Shown piece by piece: positions 50,855 to 61,249 of a stretch of DNA of 64,000 nt. Under the pieces are notes generated by a model. It did not search any database and was not told the DNA's origin. It saw nothing but the letters and a program-made list of their open reading frames with translations. The stretch spans positions 2,944,001 to 3,008,000 of the forward strand of contig OY760175.1 in assembly GCA_963663165.1 (NCBI GenBank), in the 5' to 3' direction. Position numbers and translations under genes: made by a program. The DNA comes from an uncultured Desulfospira sp. (GTDB taxonomy: Bacteria; Desulfobacterota; Desulfobacteria; Desulfobacterales; Desulfobacteraceae). Position 1 is the first letter of the stretch. Each line of letters opens with the position of its first letter.

Positions 50855-51397
50855 TTATGGTGCGGTGGGGCTGTTAACCGTGCTGTTGAACAGGGGATTG
50901 ATATCTATGGAAATGGTCTGGGATGAGCTGTACACCCCCACGGTCAGGGTAATGGCCACCCTTGAAAGGCCGTCAATGGTCTGATCGGCCAGGGTGGTCC
51001 AGGCATTGCCGTCCCCATCGTAAAAATCCAGGGTAAATGCATTGACACCGTCAATGAGGGCTGCTGCGGTTTCCGACTCCCGGGTCATCGTAACATTGCT
51101 CCCGGACAGGGCAACACAAAAATCCGTGCCATCCCGGGTATAACAGATGCTGTTGGCACCGGTGCTGGACACGGCATCCATATATTTCATCTCCCGGGCC
51201 AGCCGTTCCACGGCCAGGGCCATTTTCTGGAAAGCCTCGTTATTGGCCCTGGCCAGCAAAAAGCCTTCCACACTGTTCACGAAATACATGGCAATGCCCG
51301 CACCGATAATGCCCATGATCACCAGGGTGGCGATCATTTCAATGAAGCTGAACCCCTCTTGCCCACCTAAAATTCCTTTGTTTTTTATCATCATCAA
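50855..51397 (-). CDS. Minor type IV pilin/pseudopilin
   Basis: G|FSFIE prepilin motif. Confidence 0.9.
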   Translation of the reverse strand: MMMIKNKGILGGQEGFSFIEMIATLVIMGIIGAGIAMYFVNSVEGFLLARANNEAFQKMALAVERLAREMKYMDAVSSTGANSICYTRDGTDFCVALSGSNVTMTRESETAAALIDGVNAFTLDFYDGDGNAWTTLADQTIDGLSRVAITLTVGVYSSSQTISIDINPLFNSTVNSPTAP

Positions 51398-51801
51398 TTT
51401 CCCAGCAAAGTGACCATCCGGCTGTTGTTTTTCTGTGCCGTAATCAGGACATACCGGGTTCCGGCTGCAGACAGTTCATCAACCTCCCGGCTGGCATTCG
51501 GCGCACTGAAGCTGGTAAAACTGCCGCTGACCATACCGGATTCAAGGCCGGTAACCACAGTGGCAACATCCCTTCTGGCATACATGCTGATATCGGCATG
51601 GGAATCTTTTTCCAGCTGGTCCCGGTAATGGGCGTTGACCTTTTCAATGGCCTGAAGCACGGCATAATTGTCCTTTAAGGTCATCAGCGGATCAGAACTG
51701 TGGGAAATGCCGTATTTGGTGCTGATCAAAAGGGAGGCGGCAAGGCCGATGAGCACAATAATGATAATGAGCTCTATCAGGGTAAATCCGTTTTCTTTCA
51801 T
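51394..51801 (-). CDS. Minor type IV pilin/pseudopilin
   Basis: G|FTLIE prepilin motif. Confidence 0.9.
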   Translation of the reverse strand: MKENGFTLIELIIIIVLIGLAASLLISTKYGISHSSDPLMTLKDNYAVLQAIEKVNAHYRDQLEKDSHADISMYARRDVATVVTGLESGMVSGSFTSFSAPNASREVDELSAAGTRYVLITAQKNNSRMVTLLGN

Positions 51802-52385
51802 GGTACGAATCCTGTTTCATGGGTTACGGTAATGGTTCTCGTATTTCCGTCATACGTCGAATTATCCATTAAAACGATACGGATGTCCGAGGTGGCCCGG
51901 GTCAAGGAACCATTGTCCATAAGAGGGCCGTTAATGGTAATGCTGCCGGTTGAGGCGGTGTAGAAAGGAATACCCATATTATCAAACAGCAGGATCAGGC
52001 TGTTGCCTGCGGAAACACTGTCAATGGCCACATTCATCATGTTTGTGTTCATTCTGCCCTGGGCATCCATCATGTCCGAGGCATCGGCCCCAAAGGGTTT
52101 TGTGATGCTGGTCCAGGCCACTACACCGCTTTGCTCCCGGGCCAGCCAGTATGTTTCGCTATTGGCATCAATGCAGATGCCCCATATGCCGGTATCCGAG
52201 AACATGGATTTTGACTGGGCATACCGGATGTGATTTTTTAAGGTCGCTTCCACAGAAAACAGGTCTGAATTTTTACCGTCAAAACTGGCAATGGCCAGGG
52301 CCGATAAAAAGCCTGCGATGACCAGAATGGCAATGGCTTCAATCAGGGTGAACCCCCGATTGTTATTAAGCTGGTTTAGTTTCAT
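51798..52385 (-). CDS. Minor type IV pilin (FimT/MshC-like)
   Basis: G|FTLIE; IRYAQSKSM; terminal ETGFVP. Confidence 0.9.
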   Translation of the reverse strand: MKLNQLNNNRGFTLIEAIAILVIAGFLSALAIASFDGKNSDLFSVEATLKNHIRYAQSKSMFSDTGIWGICIDANSETYWLAREQSGVVAWTSITKPFGADASDMMDAQGRMNTNMMNVAIDSVSAGNSLILLFDNMGIPFYTASTGSITINGPLMDNGSLTRATSDIRIVLMDNSTYDGNTRTITVTHETGFVP

Positions 52386-52470
52386 TTTTTGCCTGATCCC
52401 CTCAATCCCCCCATCCAAAATTATATATATTTTATTATATTGGTAATTTTTGTCAATGCCGGGTTATGGA

Positions 52471-53160
52471 TCACTCAATAACAATCACCCCGTCTTTTCC
52501 CTTGGTAATTTTGAAATCTGTATGTTTTTGTGTGGTTCCTTTCCCGGAGACCAGGTCTCGGACCGGGATGGCAAAATTTAAATTCTGTCCTTTGATGCAC
52601 TGAAAGGAGACAATCCCGACCACCTCGCCCTCCATATTCAGAACCGGGCCGCCGCTGGACCCCGGGGACACCGGCGCACTCATCTGGAACACATCGCCAA
52701 GGGTCTCATGCTTTCGCCATGCCGACACAATCCCGCTGGAAATGGTCTGTTCCAACCCCATGGGACTGCCGGCCACCACCACCTTCTCGCCCACCCGGGG
52801 CAGGTTCTCGGCAATTTTCAAAGGTTTTATCTGATTTTTTGGCATGGTGGTGCCCACCTGGAGGAAATCCTTGTATTTCATTCGTTTAACCGTATATGTG
52901 GTCCGGTACCGCTTCTGGTCCCAGGTTTTGATCTGGGCGGTCATCCCGGACGGAATCACATGGTCATTGGTAAGAATCTCCCCTTTTTCATTTAAGAAAA
53001 ACCCACTGCCGACTTTGCCTTTCCCGTCATAGGAATTGAGCATCACCGTTACCAGGCTGGGCCGGATCTGATCGGCAATGGCCTCAACGGTCTGGCAAAA
53101 AGCCGTTGACGCCGGAAGAATCATGGCCAGAACACACCATATTTGGAAAATAATTTTCAT
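52471..53160 (-). CDS. Exported trypsin-like serine protease (no PDZ)
   Basis: GSGF, LTNDHV, SPGSSGGP. Confidence 0.92.
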   Translation of the reverse strand: MKIIFQIWCVLAMILPASTAFCQTVEAIADQIRPSLVTVMLNSYDGKGKVGSGFFLNEKGEILTNDHVIPSGMTAQIKTWDQKRYRTTYTVKRMKYKDFLQVGTTMPKNQIKPLKIAENLPRVGEKVVVAGSPMGLEQTISSGIVSAWRKHETLGDVFQMSAPVSPGSSGGPVLNMEGEVVGIVSFQCIKGQNLNFAIPVRDLVSGKGTTQKHTDFKITKGKDGVIVIE

Positions 53161-53369
53161 GATATGTAACTTTTCAAATTAGATTATGGATTGGATCCCC
53201 CCCTTCCGTTTACCGGACAGTATAATGCGGTCAACGCCCAATTGGCAAGCTTATTTAGCCCGTTTCCATACAGCTCCCCCAAAAAAATCGCGCCGCCCCA
53301 TGGCATTTCGCTTTGTCGCCGCAACATTTCGCCGGGGACCGGCAGCCTTTAAGGGCCCCGTGGGAAGCA

Positions 53370-53687
53370 CAGGGCAATCGCATGTAAAAATAAGTTAAAT
53401 CTTCAATAAAATGCAGGGAGACCGGAGGAAAGGAGACCGCAGACCGGAATGCGCTCCTCCAAGGGAACCCGGCATCCGGCAGCTATCGCTCCATTTTGGG
53501 TCAATGCAAGGTTGGAGCGGGCCATGCCCACGATTCGATCGCGGGCATGGCCCGCTCCAACCCTACCGCTCAAACCAGGGAACTTGACGTTTTCGGTCTC
53601 CCGTTCCCGGTCTCCGGTCTTCATTCTATACATTATCATCCATACTCACACATCAAACTATCGGCAGGTTACATGCGATTTGCCTTG
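53370..53687. mobile_element. Second MITE with CAGGGCAATCGCATGTAA ends (degenerate)
   Basis: CAGGGCAATCGCATGTAA / TTACATGCGATTTGCCTTG; flanks GTGGGAAGCA vs AGGGGAACCA match 7/10. Confidence 0.75.
53510..53562. repeat. Inverted REP doublet (REPIN-like)
   Basis: GGTTGGAGCGGGCCATGCCCACGAT-TCG-ATCGCGGGCATGGCCCGCTCCAACC. Confidence 0.8.
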
Positions 53688-53864
53688 AGGGGAACCATTC
53701 TTCCCTTGACTTTGAGTCAAATAACACTAACAATCGACTCAACATATGAGTCGAAAATGATGGTTAAACGGCTTAGATTATCTGGTATTTGGGGTCAACG
53801 TAAAATCAAGCGGCATGCCGTTTAATTTTACGGTGACCCCCATTATTGAAAAGAAGACTCATCT

Positions 53865-54263
53865 ATGATTTTAGCCAAATTAAACACAAGCCCCCGGCTT
53901 AAATTTATCCGGTTCTGTCTGGTGGGCGGATTTGGTTTTTCCGCAAGCCTGCTGCTCATGGTGATCTGGGTGGAATGCGGACATCTGTCATATTTAACCG
54001 CCACGGCACTGACCTGGCTTTGCGGCAACCTGATGACCTTTTATCTGAACAAGTCCTATACCTTTCAAAAAAGGGGCACCCGCTGGTGGTTTGAACTGCT
54101 TAAATACCTTATGGTGATGGGGGCAAGCCTCGGGTTAACCTTAGGCCTTATGGCATTTCTTTTAAATGGTCTTCATATGAATTACATTGTGGCGACCATA
54201 TGCCTGGCGGTCCTGGTCATGGGGCCAAACTACCTGCTGCATTTGTTATGGAGTTTTAAATAG
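53865..54263 (+). CDS. GtrA-family flippase
   Basis: FIRFCLVGG, FYLNKSYTF, four TMs, terminal WSF. Confidence 0.88.
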   Translation: MILAKLNTSPRLKFIRFCLVGGFGFSASLLLMVIWVECGHLSYLTATALTWLCGNLMTFYLNKSYTFQKRGTRWWFELLKYLMVMGASLGLTLGLMAFLLNGLHMNYIVATICLAVLVMGPNYLLHLLWSFK

Positions 54264-54266
54264 GCC

Positions 54267-55334
54267 ATGTTAAAGCTGATCAAACGAAACCTCATTGATA
54301 ACCGGCCATACCGCCTCAGGGTGATGCTCAAAGGCGGCCGGATCCTGTTAAAGGCCAGGCTGTTTAAAAAGCCAACCTTAAAATATGTGGATGTGGCCAT
54401 TGATTACCGCTGCAACATGAAATGCGAGCATTGCTTTGCCATCTACAAACTTAAAGACGACACCAGGCCCCAACTGACCATAAAAGAGTTCCGGCAGTTT
54501 GCCGGCCAGATCCAGGCCATGGGGTGTGTTCATGTCAACCTTCAGGGCGGAGAACCGTTGATCATCCCGAACCTTGAAGATTACATCAAAGCCTTTAACC
54601 CGGCCCGATGCCATGTATCGGTCACCACCAACGGGTTTTTCTTTAACGAAGAATGGGCCGTTAAATTAAAAACCGCCGGGGCGGCCCAGCTGGTCTTCAG
54701 CATGGACAGCATGGACGCCGATGCCCATGACCGGTTCAGGCGATGCAGGGGGGCCCATCAACGGGTCCTTGACGCCATAAAACTTGCCAGAAAGCATCAA
54801 TTCTACACCACGGTGAACGTTACGGTCAGTTCAAAGTCCCTGAGAAGCCCGGGCCAGCATGACCTGTTTGACTGGCTGGAGAAACACCATATCCCTTACA
54901 ACCCCATTCTGGCCTGTTCCGTGGGGGGGTATGAAACAGACCGGCTTCTGGTTACCGAACAGGATGCGGCATTGGTGGAAGGCCTTTGCCAAAACGGGAT
55001 CGGCCAGCGGGATATCCACGCCTCCCTGATTAAAACCGGATGCGCCGCCACTTTAGAGCAGGTCTACATCACCCCTTACGGGGATGTGATCCCCTGCCCG
55101 TTTATCCAGATATCCCTGGGCAATATCCGGGAAACCCCCATCCAAAAGATCTGGGCAACAGCGGTTCAAGAGGGGCTTCACGGCCATTACCACGGCAAAT
55201 GCTGGGTGGCCCAGGAAACCGGATTTGTAAAAGCCCTGACCCGGGGCACGGCCCCATACCATACGCTGCCCATTCACCATACGGTTCCCCATGGCCATAA
55301 TATTTTAAGACCATTCTGGGGCCAGGAATCATGA
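54267..55334 (+). CDS. Radical SAM protein with SPASM/twitch-like domain
   Basis: CNMKCEHC, GGEP, GC...YITPYGDVIPC...C. Confidence 0.93.
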   Translation: MLKLIKRNLIDNRPYRLRVMLKGGRILLKARLFKKPTLKYVDVAIDYRCNMKCEHCFAIYKLKDDTRPQLTIKEFRQFAGQIQAMGCVHVNLQGGEPLIIPNLEDYIKAFNPARCHVSVTTNGFFFNEEWAVKLKTAGAAQLVFSMDSMDADAHDRFRRCRGAHQRVLDAIKLARKHQFYTTVNVTVSSKSLRSPGQHDLFDWLEKHHIPYNPILACSVGGYETDRLLVTEQDAALVEGLCQNGIGQRDIHASLIKTGCAATLEQVYITPYGDVIPCPFIQISLGNIRETPIQKIWATAVQEGLHGHYHGKCWVAQETGFVKALTRGTAPYHTLPIHHTVPHGHNILRPFWGQES

Positions 55335-56032
55335 ACCAGGGGGTTCAAAAAAAATATTATGACCAACGTTCAGCAGCCTATGATCGGGATTTTTTTACCC
55401 CCACCCCCACGGCGGCCCGGAAGCGGTTTAACAAACTGATTCCACCTGACCTTAACCAGACAGACTTTCAAACCATATTGGAGGTTGGGGCCGGCACCGG
55501 GGGATACACAAGGCTTTTAAAAAAACTGCCCCACCATCAAATGGTGGTTTCCGAACTGTCATTTAACATGCTCACGATTTTAAAAGGAAAGGAACAGCCC
55601 CCAAACCGATCTGCTTATCTGGCGGCCGATGCCGCGGGCCTTCCCTTTTTTGATGAAACCTTTGATAATGTCTTTGCCTTTGCCTGTTTTCATCATATAT
55701 CGGATACCGCCGGGGCCTTTAAAGAAATTTACCGGATCTTAAAGCCCAAAGGCCGTTTTTTTTTGATGGAACCCAACCCCGCATTCCCCCTGAACAGCCT
55801 GATGGGCATCTTAAAAAAACATGAGCGGGGAATGGTGTCATCATGGCCGGCCAAATGGAAAGCCCAGGCCTCGTCAGCCGGATTCCACTGCACCCGGGCG
55901 GCGTTTGGGTCCTTTTTTCCGGGAAAGCCGTCATGGATGGAACCGGTTTACCAGGCGGTGGAACCGGTAATGGAAAAAATGCCCGTTATCAGAAACATGG
56001 CTATTTTTTGTTTTTTTACCTTTGAAAAATAA
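55331..56032 (+). CDS. Class I SAM-dependent methyltransferase
   Basis: LEVGAGTG, LPF.DETFD, FHH, LKPKG. Confidence 0.92.
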   Translation: MNQGVQKKYYDQRSAAYDRDFFTPTPTAARKRFNKLIPPDLNQTDFQTILEVGAGTGGYTRLLKKLPHHQMVVSELSFNMLTILKGKEQPPNRSAYLAADAAGLPFFDETFDNVFAFACFHHISDTAGAFKEIYRILKPKGRFFLMEPNPAFPLNSLMGILKKHERGMVSSWPAKWKAQASSAGFHCTRAAFGSFFPGKPSWMEPVYQAVEPVMEKMPVIRNMAIFCFFTFEK

Positions 56033-56049
56033 ACAAACGGACACCCATA

Positions 56050-57498
56050 ATGAAGGTCTTCTTCCTAAACCCGCCGTTCAAACCGTTTTTTTCCAGATCG
56101 GAAAGAAGCCCCCAGGTGGCCAAAAGCCGGACCCTTTACTTTCCGGTATGGCTGGCCCAAAGCGCGGCTTATATTGAAAAAAACGGCCACACCATTGATT
56201 TTGCCGATGCCGTGGCCCAGGACCTGTCGCCGGGTCAATGCCTTGAACGGATTCAACGGTTTGGCCCGGGCCTTGTCATCATGGAGACATCCACGGCCAG
56301 CATTATGTCTGACCTGGGCGTTGTCAAAAAACTTAAAGAACGCCTTCCCGCCATAAAAACCGCCCTGTGCGGGACCCATGTGTCTGCCCTGCCCGAGTGG
56401 ACCCTGAAGGCCTGTCCTGAGTTGGACCATGTGATCATGGGCGAATATGAGACCGCCACATTAAGCCTGATACAGGCCATGGAAAAGGGGCAGGCTGAGT
56501 CGGCACAGGGCACGGCCTGCCACACCGGCGGCCGGATAAGGGTGAACCCGGGAGCGGGGGTTATTCAGAACCTGGATGACATCCCTTTTGCCAGTGCCAT
56601 ATACAAACGGTTCCTCAACCATAAAGATTATTTTTTTGCGGCTGCCGATTATCCGGGAATCATGCTGATGACCGGCCGGGGGTGTCCCAACCAATGCGTC
56701 TGGTGCCTGTTCAACCAGACCCTTCACGGGCGAAGGTACCGGTTCCGCAGCCCGGAAAAGATCATTGCGGAATTTGAATATATCATCCAAAATTTCCCCG
56801 ATGTAAAAGAGATCTGGATTGATGACGACACCTTCACGGCCAATAGAAAACACCTGCATAAGGTCTGTGAGCTGATCATTGAGCGAAAGCTTAAATTCAA
56901 GACCGGACCCTTTAAGTGGTACTGCAATGCCAGGCCCCCGGTCAGCCTGGAGTCTTTAAAGCTGATGAAAAAAGCGGGCTGCCGGCTGATCGTGGTAGGG
57001 TTTGAAAGCGGCTCTGAAGCCATCTTAACCCGGATGAAAAAAGGGTATACCCTGGATAAGGGCATTGCACTGATGCAACACACCAAAAAGGCCGGCATCC
57101 TGGTCCATGGGTGTTTTATGGTGGGCAATGACGGGGAAACCAAAGAGACCATGGAACAAACCCTTGCCCATGCCAAAAAGCTGCTCCCGGACAGTGCCCA
57201 GTTTTATTTTGTCCACCCTTATCCCGGCACCCGCTACTACGCCTGGGCCGCCCAAAAAGGCGTTCTGGCTTCAGATAATTTTAACGACTGGCTTAAGCCC
57301 AACGGGCAGCACCGGTGTGTGATAAACCTTCCCGGCCTTGGGGCGGAACAGCTTGAGGATTTCTGCAACAGGGCTTATAAACGGTACCACTTTTGCGCGC
57401 CCTATCTTTTCATGAAATTAAAGCAGTTGTTCACCCATCCGGCCGAAGGGATCCGCAGCCTCAGGTCTGCCCTTAACTTTATCGCCGGTGCCCTGTAA
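56050..57498 (+). CDS. B12-binding-domain radical SAM protein (HpnJ-like architecture)
   Basis: FLNPP...YFPVWLA, GTHVSALP, GEYE, GRGCPNQCVWC, DDDTF, GFESG, PYPGT. Confidence 0.92.
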   Translation: MKVFFLNPPFKPFFSRSERSPQVAKSRTLYFPVWLAQSAAYIEKNGHTIDFADAVAQDLSPGQCLERIQRFGPGLVIMETSTASIMSDLGVVKKLKERLPAIKTALCGTHVSALPEWTLKACPELDHVIMGEYETATLSLIQAMEKGQAESAQGTACHTGGRIRVNPGAGVIQNLDDIPFASAIYKRFLNHKDYFFAAADYPGIMLMTGRGCPNQCVWCLFNQTLHGRRYRFRSPEKIIAEFEYIIQNFPDVKEIWIDDDTFTANRKHLHKVCELIIERKLKFKTGPFKWYCNARPPVSLESLKLMKKAGCRLIVVGFESGSEAILTRMKKGYTLDKGIALMQHTKKAGILVHGCFMVGNDGETKETMEQTLAHAKKLLPDSAQFYFVHPYPGTRYYAWAAQKGVLASDNFNDWLKPNGQHRCVINLPGLGAEQLEDFCNRAYKRYHFCAPYLFMKLKQLFTHPAEGIRSLRSALNFIAGAL

Positions 57499-57499
57499 C

Positions 57500-58534
57500 A
57501 TGGCCGAACCAATTGACATCACGGTGGTGATTGTCTGCCTGAACGAGGCGGCCAACATTGAAAGATGCCTGAACTCGGTTTTGAACCAGGATTTAGATGC
57601 CCCCTATGGGGTCAGTGTTATTGACGGCGGCTCCAGTGACGGCACCATTGAAATCATCAAAAATTTTCAAAAAAAACACCCTGGTTTAAGGCTGCTCAAC
57701 AACCCTGAACAGGTCATTTCACCGGCCAGGAATATGGGCTGGCAAACGGCCCAGACACCGTTTATCGCCTATATTGATGCCGACTGCAAGGCCCCTTCGA
57801 ACTGGTTGAGGACCCTTCTGGCCGGGTTTAAACATCTTGAGGCCAAAGGGGTTAACCCGGCCTGTGTGGGCGGCGGCAACTATCCGCCGGGCCAGGCCGG
57901 CGACTTTTATAAAGCCATTGATATTTTCACCTCCTCGCCGTTCGGGAACAGGGGAACGCTTCAGACCCATATGCCGGAGGATATCACCCAAATTAACCAT
58001 GCCCCGACCTTAAACACCCTGTATCGGCGAAAGGCAGTGGAACAGGCCGGCGGCTTTGATGAAAAAAGGTTCCCCCTGGTCGGAGAGGATGAAGATCTGA
58101 ATACCAGGCTTTCGGACATGGGCTTAGGGATATACTTTATTCCCGGTGCCCCGGTGGCACACTACCAGAAAAACGACATCCGGTCCTGGGCGAAAAACAT
58201 GGTGACCTATGGTTTTGGAAGGGTTAAGCTCATGAAGCGGCACAAACGGCTTTTCAGCCTTAAAAATTTTATGCCGCTGCTGCTGCCCGTTGTGATGGGG
58301 CTGCCGCTTCTTTCTGTTCTATCCTTTAACACCGGTATTTTTTTGGGGTCTTTATGCCCGCTTGCCTTTTATCTGCTTTTTTTTCTTTTCCACAGTTTTA
58401 CCCTGACCCGTAAAGCAAAACGACCGAACCTCTTTAAAACCGTATTCGCCCTTTTCCCGGTCACCCATTTTTTTTATGCCGCAGGCATGGCAAAAGCCTA
58501 TTGGGAATCGGTAAAAGAAGTCTTCTCCACATAG
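57500..58534 (+). CDS. GT2 glycosyltransferase with C-terminal TMs
   Basis: CLNE, DGGSSDGT, IDAD, GGFDE, GEDEDL. Confidence 0.92.
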   Translation: MAEPIDITVVIVCLNEAANIERCLNSVLNQDLDAPYGVSVIDGGSSDGTIEIIKNFQKKHPGLRLLNNPEQVISPARNMGWQTAQTPFIAYIDADCKAPSNWLRTLLAGFKHLEAKGVNPACVGGGNYPPGQAGDFYKAIDIFTSSPFGNRGTLQTHMPEDITQINHAPTLNTLYRRKAVEQAGGFDEKRFPLVGEDEDLNTRLSDMGLGIYFIPGAPVAHYQKNDIRSWAKNMVTYGFGRVKLMKRHKRLFSLKNFMPLLLPVVMGLPLLSVLSFNTGIFLGSLCPLAFYLLFFLFHSFTLTRKAKRPNLFKTVFALFPVTHFFYAAGMAKAYWESVKEVFST

Positions 58535-59688
58535 GTTTCAACACAAAACAGGAACAAGGATGTGCCGATAATCTGAAATCCCACGATCAGGCAGGTAACC
58601 GACGGGACCACCCACCGCATGGTCATGGCATTGTCAAGCCCCCCGAAATGTTTTGAGCCCCAGTAGCCAAAGGCAATGGCGAACAACACCGCCCCAAGGC
58701 AGATAAACAGGGCGCCAATGGTCAGCCATGACTCCATTTTATAATATTTCAATATCTTATGGGAGATGCTCTTTTTTCTGAGCAAGGGGATATTGCGATG
58801 GATCAGGACCTTTGAATACAGGCCGATCTGGATGAACTGAAGCCCGATGATAAAGACCACGGCCATGTACAGGAGCCTTTGGGGGCCGGCATCAAACCCG
58901 AGCACCGAATAGGGGGTGATCACCATGGAGGCGCTGGAAAAAAAACCGATAACGGCCATGATAATCCCGGGATAAATAAACAAAAACTGGGGGCTGTACA
59001 CAAACAAAAACCGCAAATGCCGCCAGCCGTCCCGGAAGGGATTTAAGTGGGGCGGCCGGTCCCGGCCGTCTTTGCGAAGGGTGACCGGGACCTCCATTCG
59101 CCGGATATCCAGCAATGCGGCTTTAACGATAATTTCCGAGGCAAATTCCATTCCCGAAGAATTTAAGTCCATGGCGTCATAGGCTTTTTTCGTAAATGCC
59201 CTGAGGCCGCAATGGGCGTCGGAAAGCCCGGACTTGAAAAACAGATTTAACACGCCGGTCAGCAGCGGGTTCCCGATATACCGGTTTTTCCAGGGCATGG
59301 CCCCTTTTTCAATCTGTCCTTTCAAGCGGGTGCCCATGACCAGGCCGAACCCGTCTTCATGAAGGTGCTTTATCATGTCAAAGGCCTGGCGGAAATCGTA
59401 TGACCCGTCAGAATCCCCCATGACGATGTATGTCCCGAGGCTTTTTTTGATGCCGTACCGGATGGCGTTGCCGTACCCTTTGTCCGGGCAGTTGACCACC
59501 CGGCCCCCCAAGCGTTCCCCAAGTTCCTGGCTGCCGTCAATGGACCCGTTATCCGAAATAATGATCTCGCCTTGAAGCCCCAGTTGTTCACGGCATTTTT
59601 CAAGGCATTCCCCGGCCCATCCCATGCAGGTGCCCAGGGTCTTCACTTCATTGAGACACGGCATTACAATGGAAATATCAATCGGCAT
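58498..59688 (-). CDS. Polyprenol-phosphate glycosyltransferase (GtrB/DPM1-like GT2)
   Basis: VMPCLNE, DNGS.DG, KGYGNA, MGDSDGSY, SDAHCGLRAF, RDGWRHL; four C-terminal TMs. Confidence 0.92.
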   Translation of the reverse strand: MPIDISIVMPCLNEVKTLGTCMGWAGECLEKCREQLGLQGEIIISDNGSIDGSQELGERLGGRVVNCPDKGYGNAIRYGIKKSLGTYIVMGDSDGSYDFRQAFDMIKHLHEDGFGLVMGTRLKGQIEKGAMPWKNRYIGNPLLTGVLNLFFKSGLSDAHCGLRAFTKKAYDAMDLNSSGMEFASEIIVKAALLDIRRMEVPVTLRKDGRDRPPHLNPFRDGWRHLRFLFVYSPQFLFIYPGIIMAVIGFFSSASMVITPYSVLGFDAGPQRLLYMAVVFIIGLQFIQIGLYSKVLIHRNIPLLRKKSISHKILKYYKMESWLTIGALFICLGAVLFAIAFGYWGSKHFGGLDNAMTMRWVVPSVTCLIVGFQIIGTSLFLFCVETYVEKTSFTDSQ

Positions 59689-59719
59689 TTTTTTGATTCC
59701 AATTAAGGGGGTCCCCCTG

Positions 59720-61246
59720 TTATCTGGGAATCCTTCCACTCCAGATCTGAGGTTTTATTTCAAACCACTCCAGGCCGGCAATATCGGGTTTAGCCTTGCC
59801 TTCCAGGACAAACCGGTCCTTTGGGGTCATTTTAAAAACAATAAGCGAAAGCTTTTCTTTGGCCCCCAGAGAAAACATGATCTGATGGTAAATATCCAGG
59901 TTTTCTTTGGGCATGACCGTTGCATCCGGCCCCAGAAAATACCGCCAGGGCGCATTGGGGTTGGCGTAAAAGGTTTTATAAAACAGGTCCATGGAAATAT
60001 TGTAAAAAATCCCGTCAGGCTCCGGTAGCCACTGGCGGGTCTTCTCGTCGGCCAGATCCGGTGCCTTGTTATACATGGACTTGCTCCAGCGGCCGTCAAA
60101 ATCCCCGGATAGCACCAGGCAGAAAACCAACCCCGTACAAAGGGCAATCAAAGGCCGTTTAAAGGACAGCAGGGGGATGCAAAGGTCCTGGTTAAAAATT
60201 TCTTCAACCTCTTCATACAGCCAGACAAAGTAGGCGGGCACCCCGAAATCCGGCCAGAACCGGTTGACCTTCATGGACAAAACCCAGGACAGGCAGACAA
60301 GGATAAACATGGGGTTCAACATCCGGGACCGGATCTCTTTGCCCGAGGCTTTCCGCCATAAAATCAGCAAAATCATGGGCAAAAAATCCAGGATGGACTG
60401 AAGCCTTGGCACCAGCTCGCCCACCCGCATCCAGGACAGCACCGGCCGCTGGGCCGACCCGAAAACCTCTTTGGTGGTGGCAACAAAAAACTCGTAAGGC
60501 TCCAGGGACAAGGCTGCGGCCGTGACAACGGCCAAGGCCCAGACAATGGCCAGTCTATAACATTTTTTGGCCTCCCCTGCCATCAGATAGCAGCCGATGG
60601 GCAGCAGAAACAGGAACCATACCGCCCTTAAGGTCATGGACAGGGTCAGGACCAGGTATAAAAAGACCAGATACCTTAAATCAAATTTATCCCGGTAATG
60701 CTGGGCCGAAAGGCCGATCAGGGCCACGGCCGCCACCTGTGAAAGAAAGGGCCTTCCCAGCATATACCGCATGGGATTGACAATCACGCACAGTCCGATG
60801 ATCAGACAAAGGGCCCATACTTCAGGCCGCTTGACCACAAACGCCGGCAGGGCAAAGTTCAGGGCCAGCATAAACACGATGGAGAAATACAGCAGACTCT
60901 CCTTTGGCATGCCATGGTCAAACAGAAAAAACAGGATGGTTTTCCAACCGAAATGGATATCAAACAGCGGCCATGACCCCATTACCAGGATCTGGTTCCA
61001 GTCCTTCTGGCAGACGGCCTGGCCCACATGCCTTAACCCGTCATCGGTGGGCATGTAATCCAGGCTGATGATGACCACCGCGCTCCACAAAAAGAACCAG
61101 AGAAATACCAGAAGACAGGCGGCCGGGATACGCTGCTTGATAAGTTCCAATTTAGATCCCAAGGCAGCTGATGAAAAATAACGAAGACCGCTGGGCCGGC
61201 CTTCATTATTTTCCTCAGGCAAATGGTGGTATTGGGCAGGGCCCAA
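59720..61246 (-). CDS. Multi-pass membrane protein, putative GT-C glycosyltransferase
   Basis: Acidic PTDDGLRH motif after the first TM, about 10 further TMs and a soluble C-terminal domain. Start uncertain. Confidence 0.6.
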   Translation of the reverse strand: MGPAQYHHLPEENNEGRPSGLRYFSSAALGSKLELIKQRIPAACLLVFLWFFLWSAVVIISLDYMPTDDGLRHVGQAVCQKDWNQILVMGSWPLFDIHFGWKTILFFLFDHGMPKESLLYFSIVFMLALNFALPAFVVKRPEVWALCLIIGLCVIVNPMRYMLGRPFLSQVAAVALIGLSAQHYRDKFDLRYLVFLYLVLTLSMTLRAVWFLFLLPIGCYLMAGEAKKCYRLAIVWALAVVTAAALSLEPYEFFVATTKEVFGSAQRPVLSWMRVGELVPRLQSILDFLPMILLILWRKASGKEIRSRMLNPMFILVCLSWVLSMKVNRFWPDFGVPAYFVWLYEEVEEIFNQDLCIPLLSFKRPLIALCTGLVFCLVLSGDFDGRWSKSMYNKAPDLADEKTRQWLPEPDGIFYNISMDLFYKTFYANPNAPWRYFLGPDATVMPKENLDIYHQIMFSLGAKEKLSLIVFKMTPKDRFVLEGKAKPDIAGLEWFEIKPQIWSGRIPR

Positions 61247-61249
61247 GGG

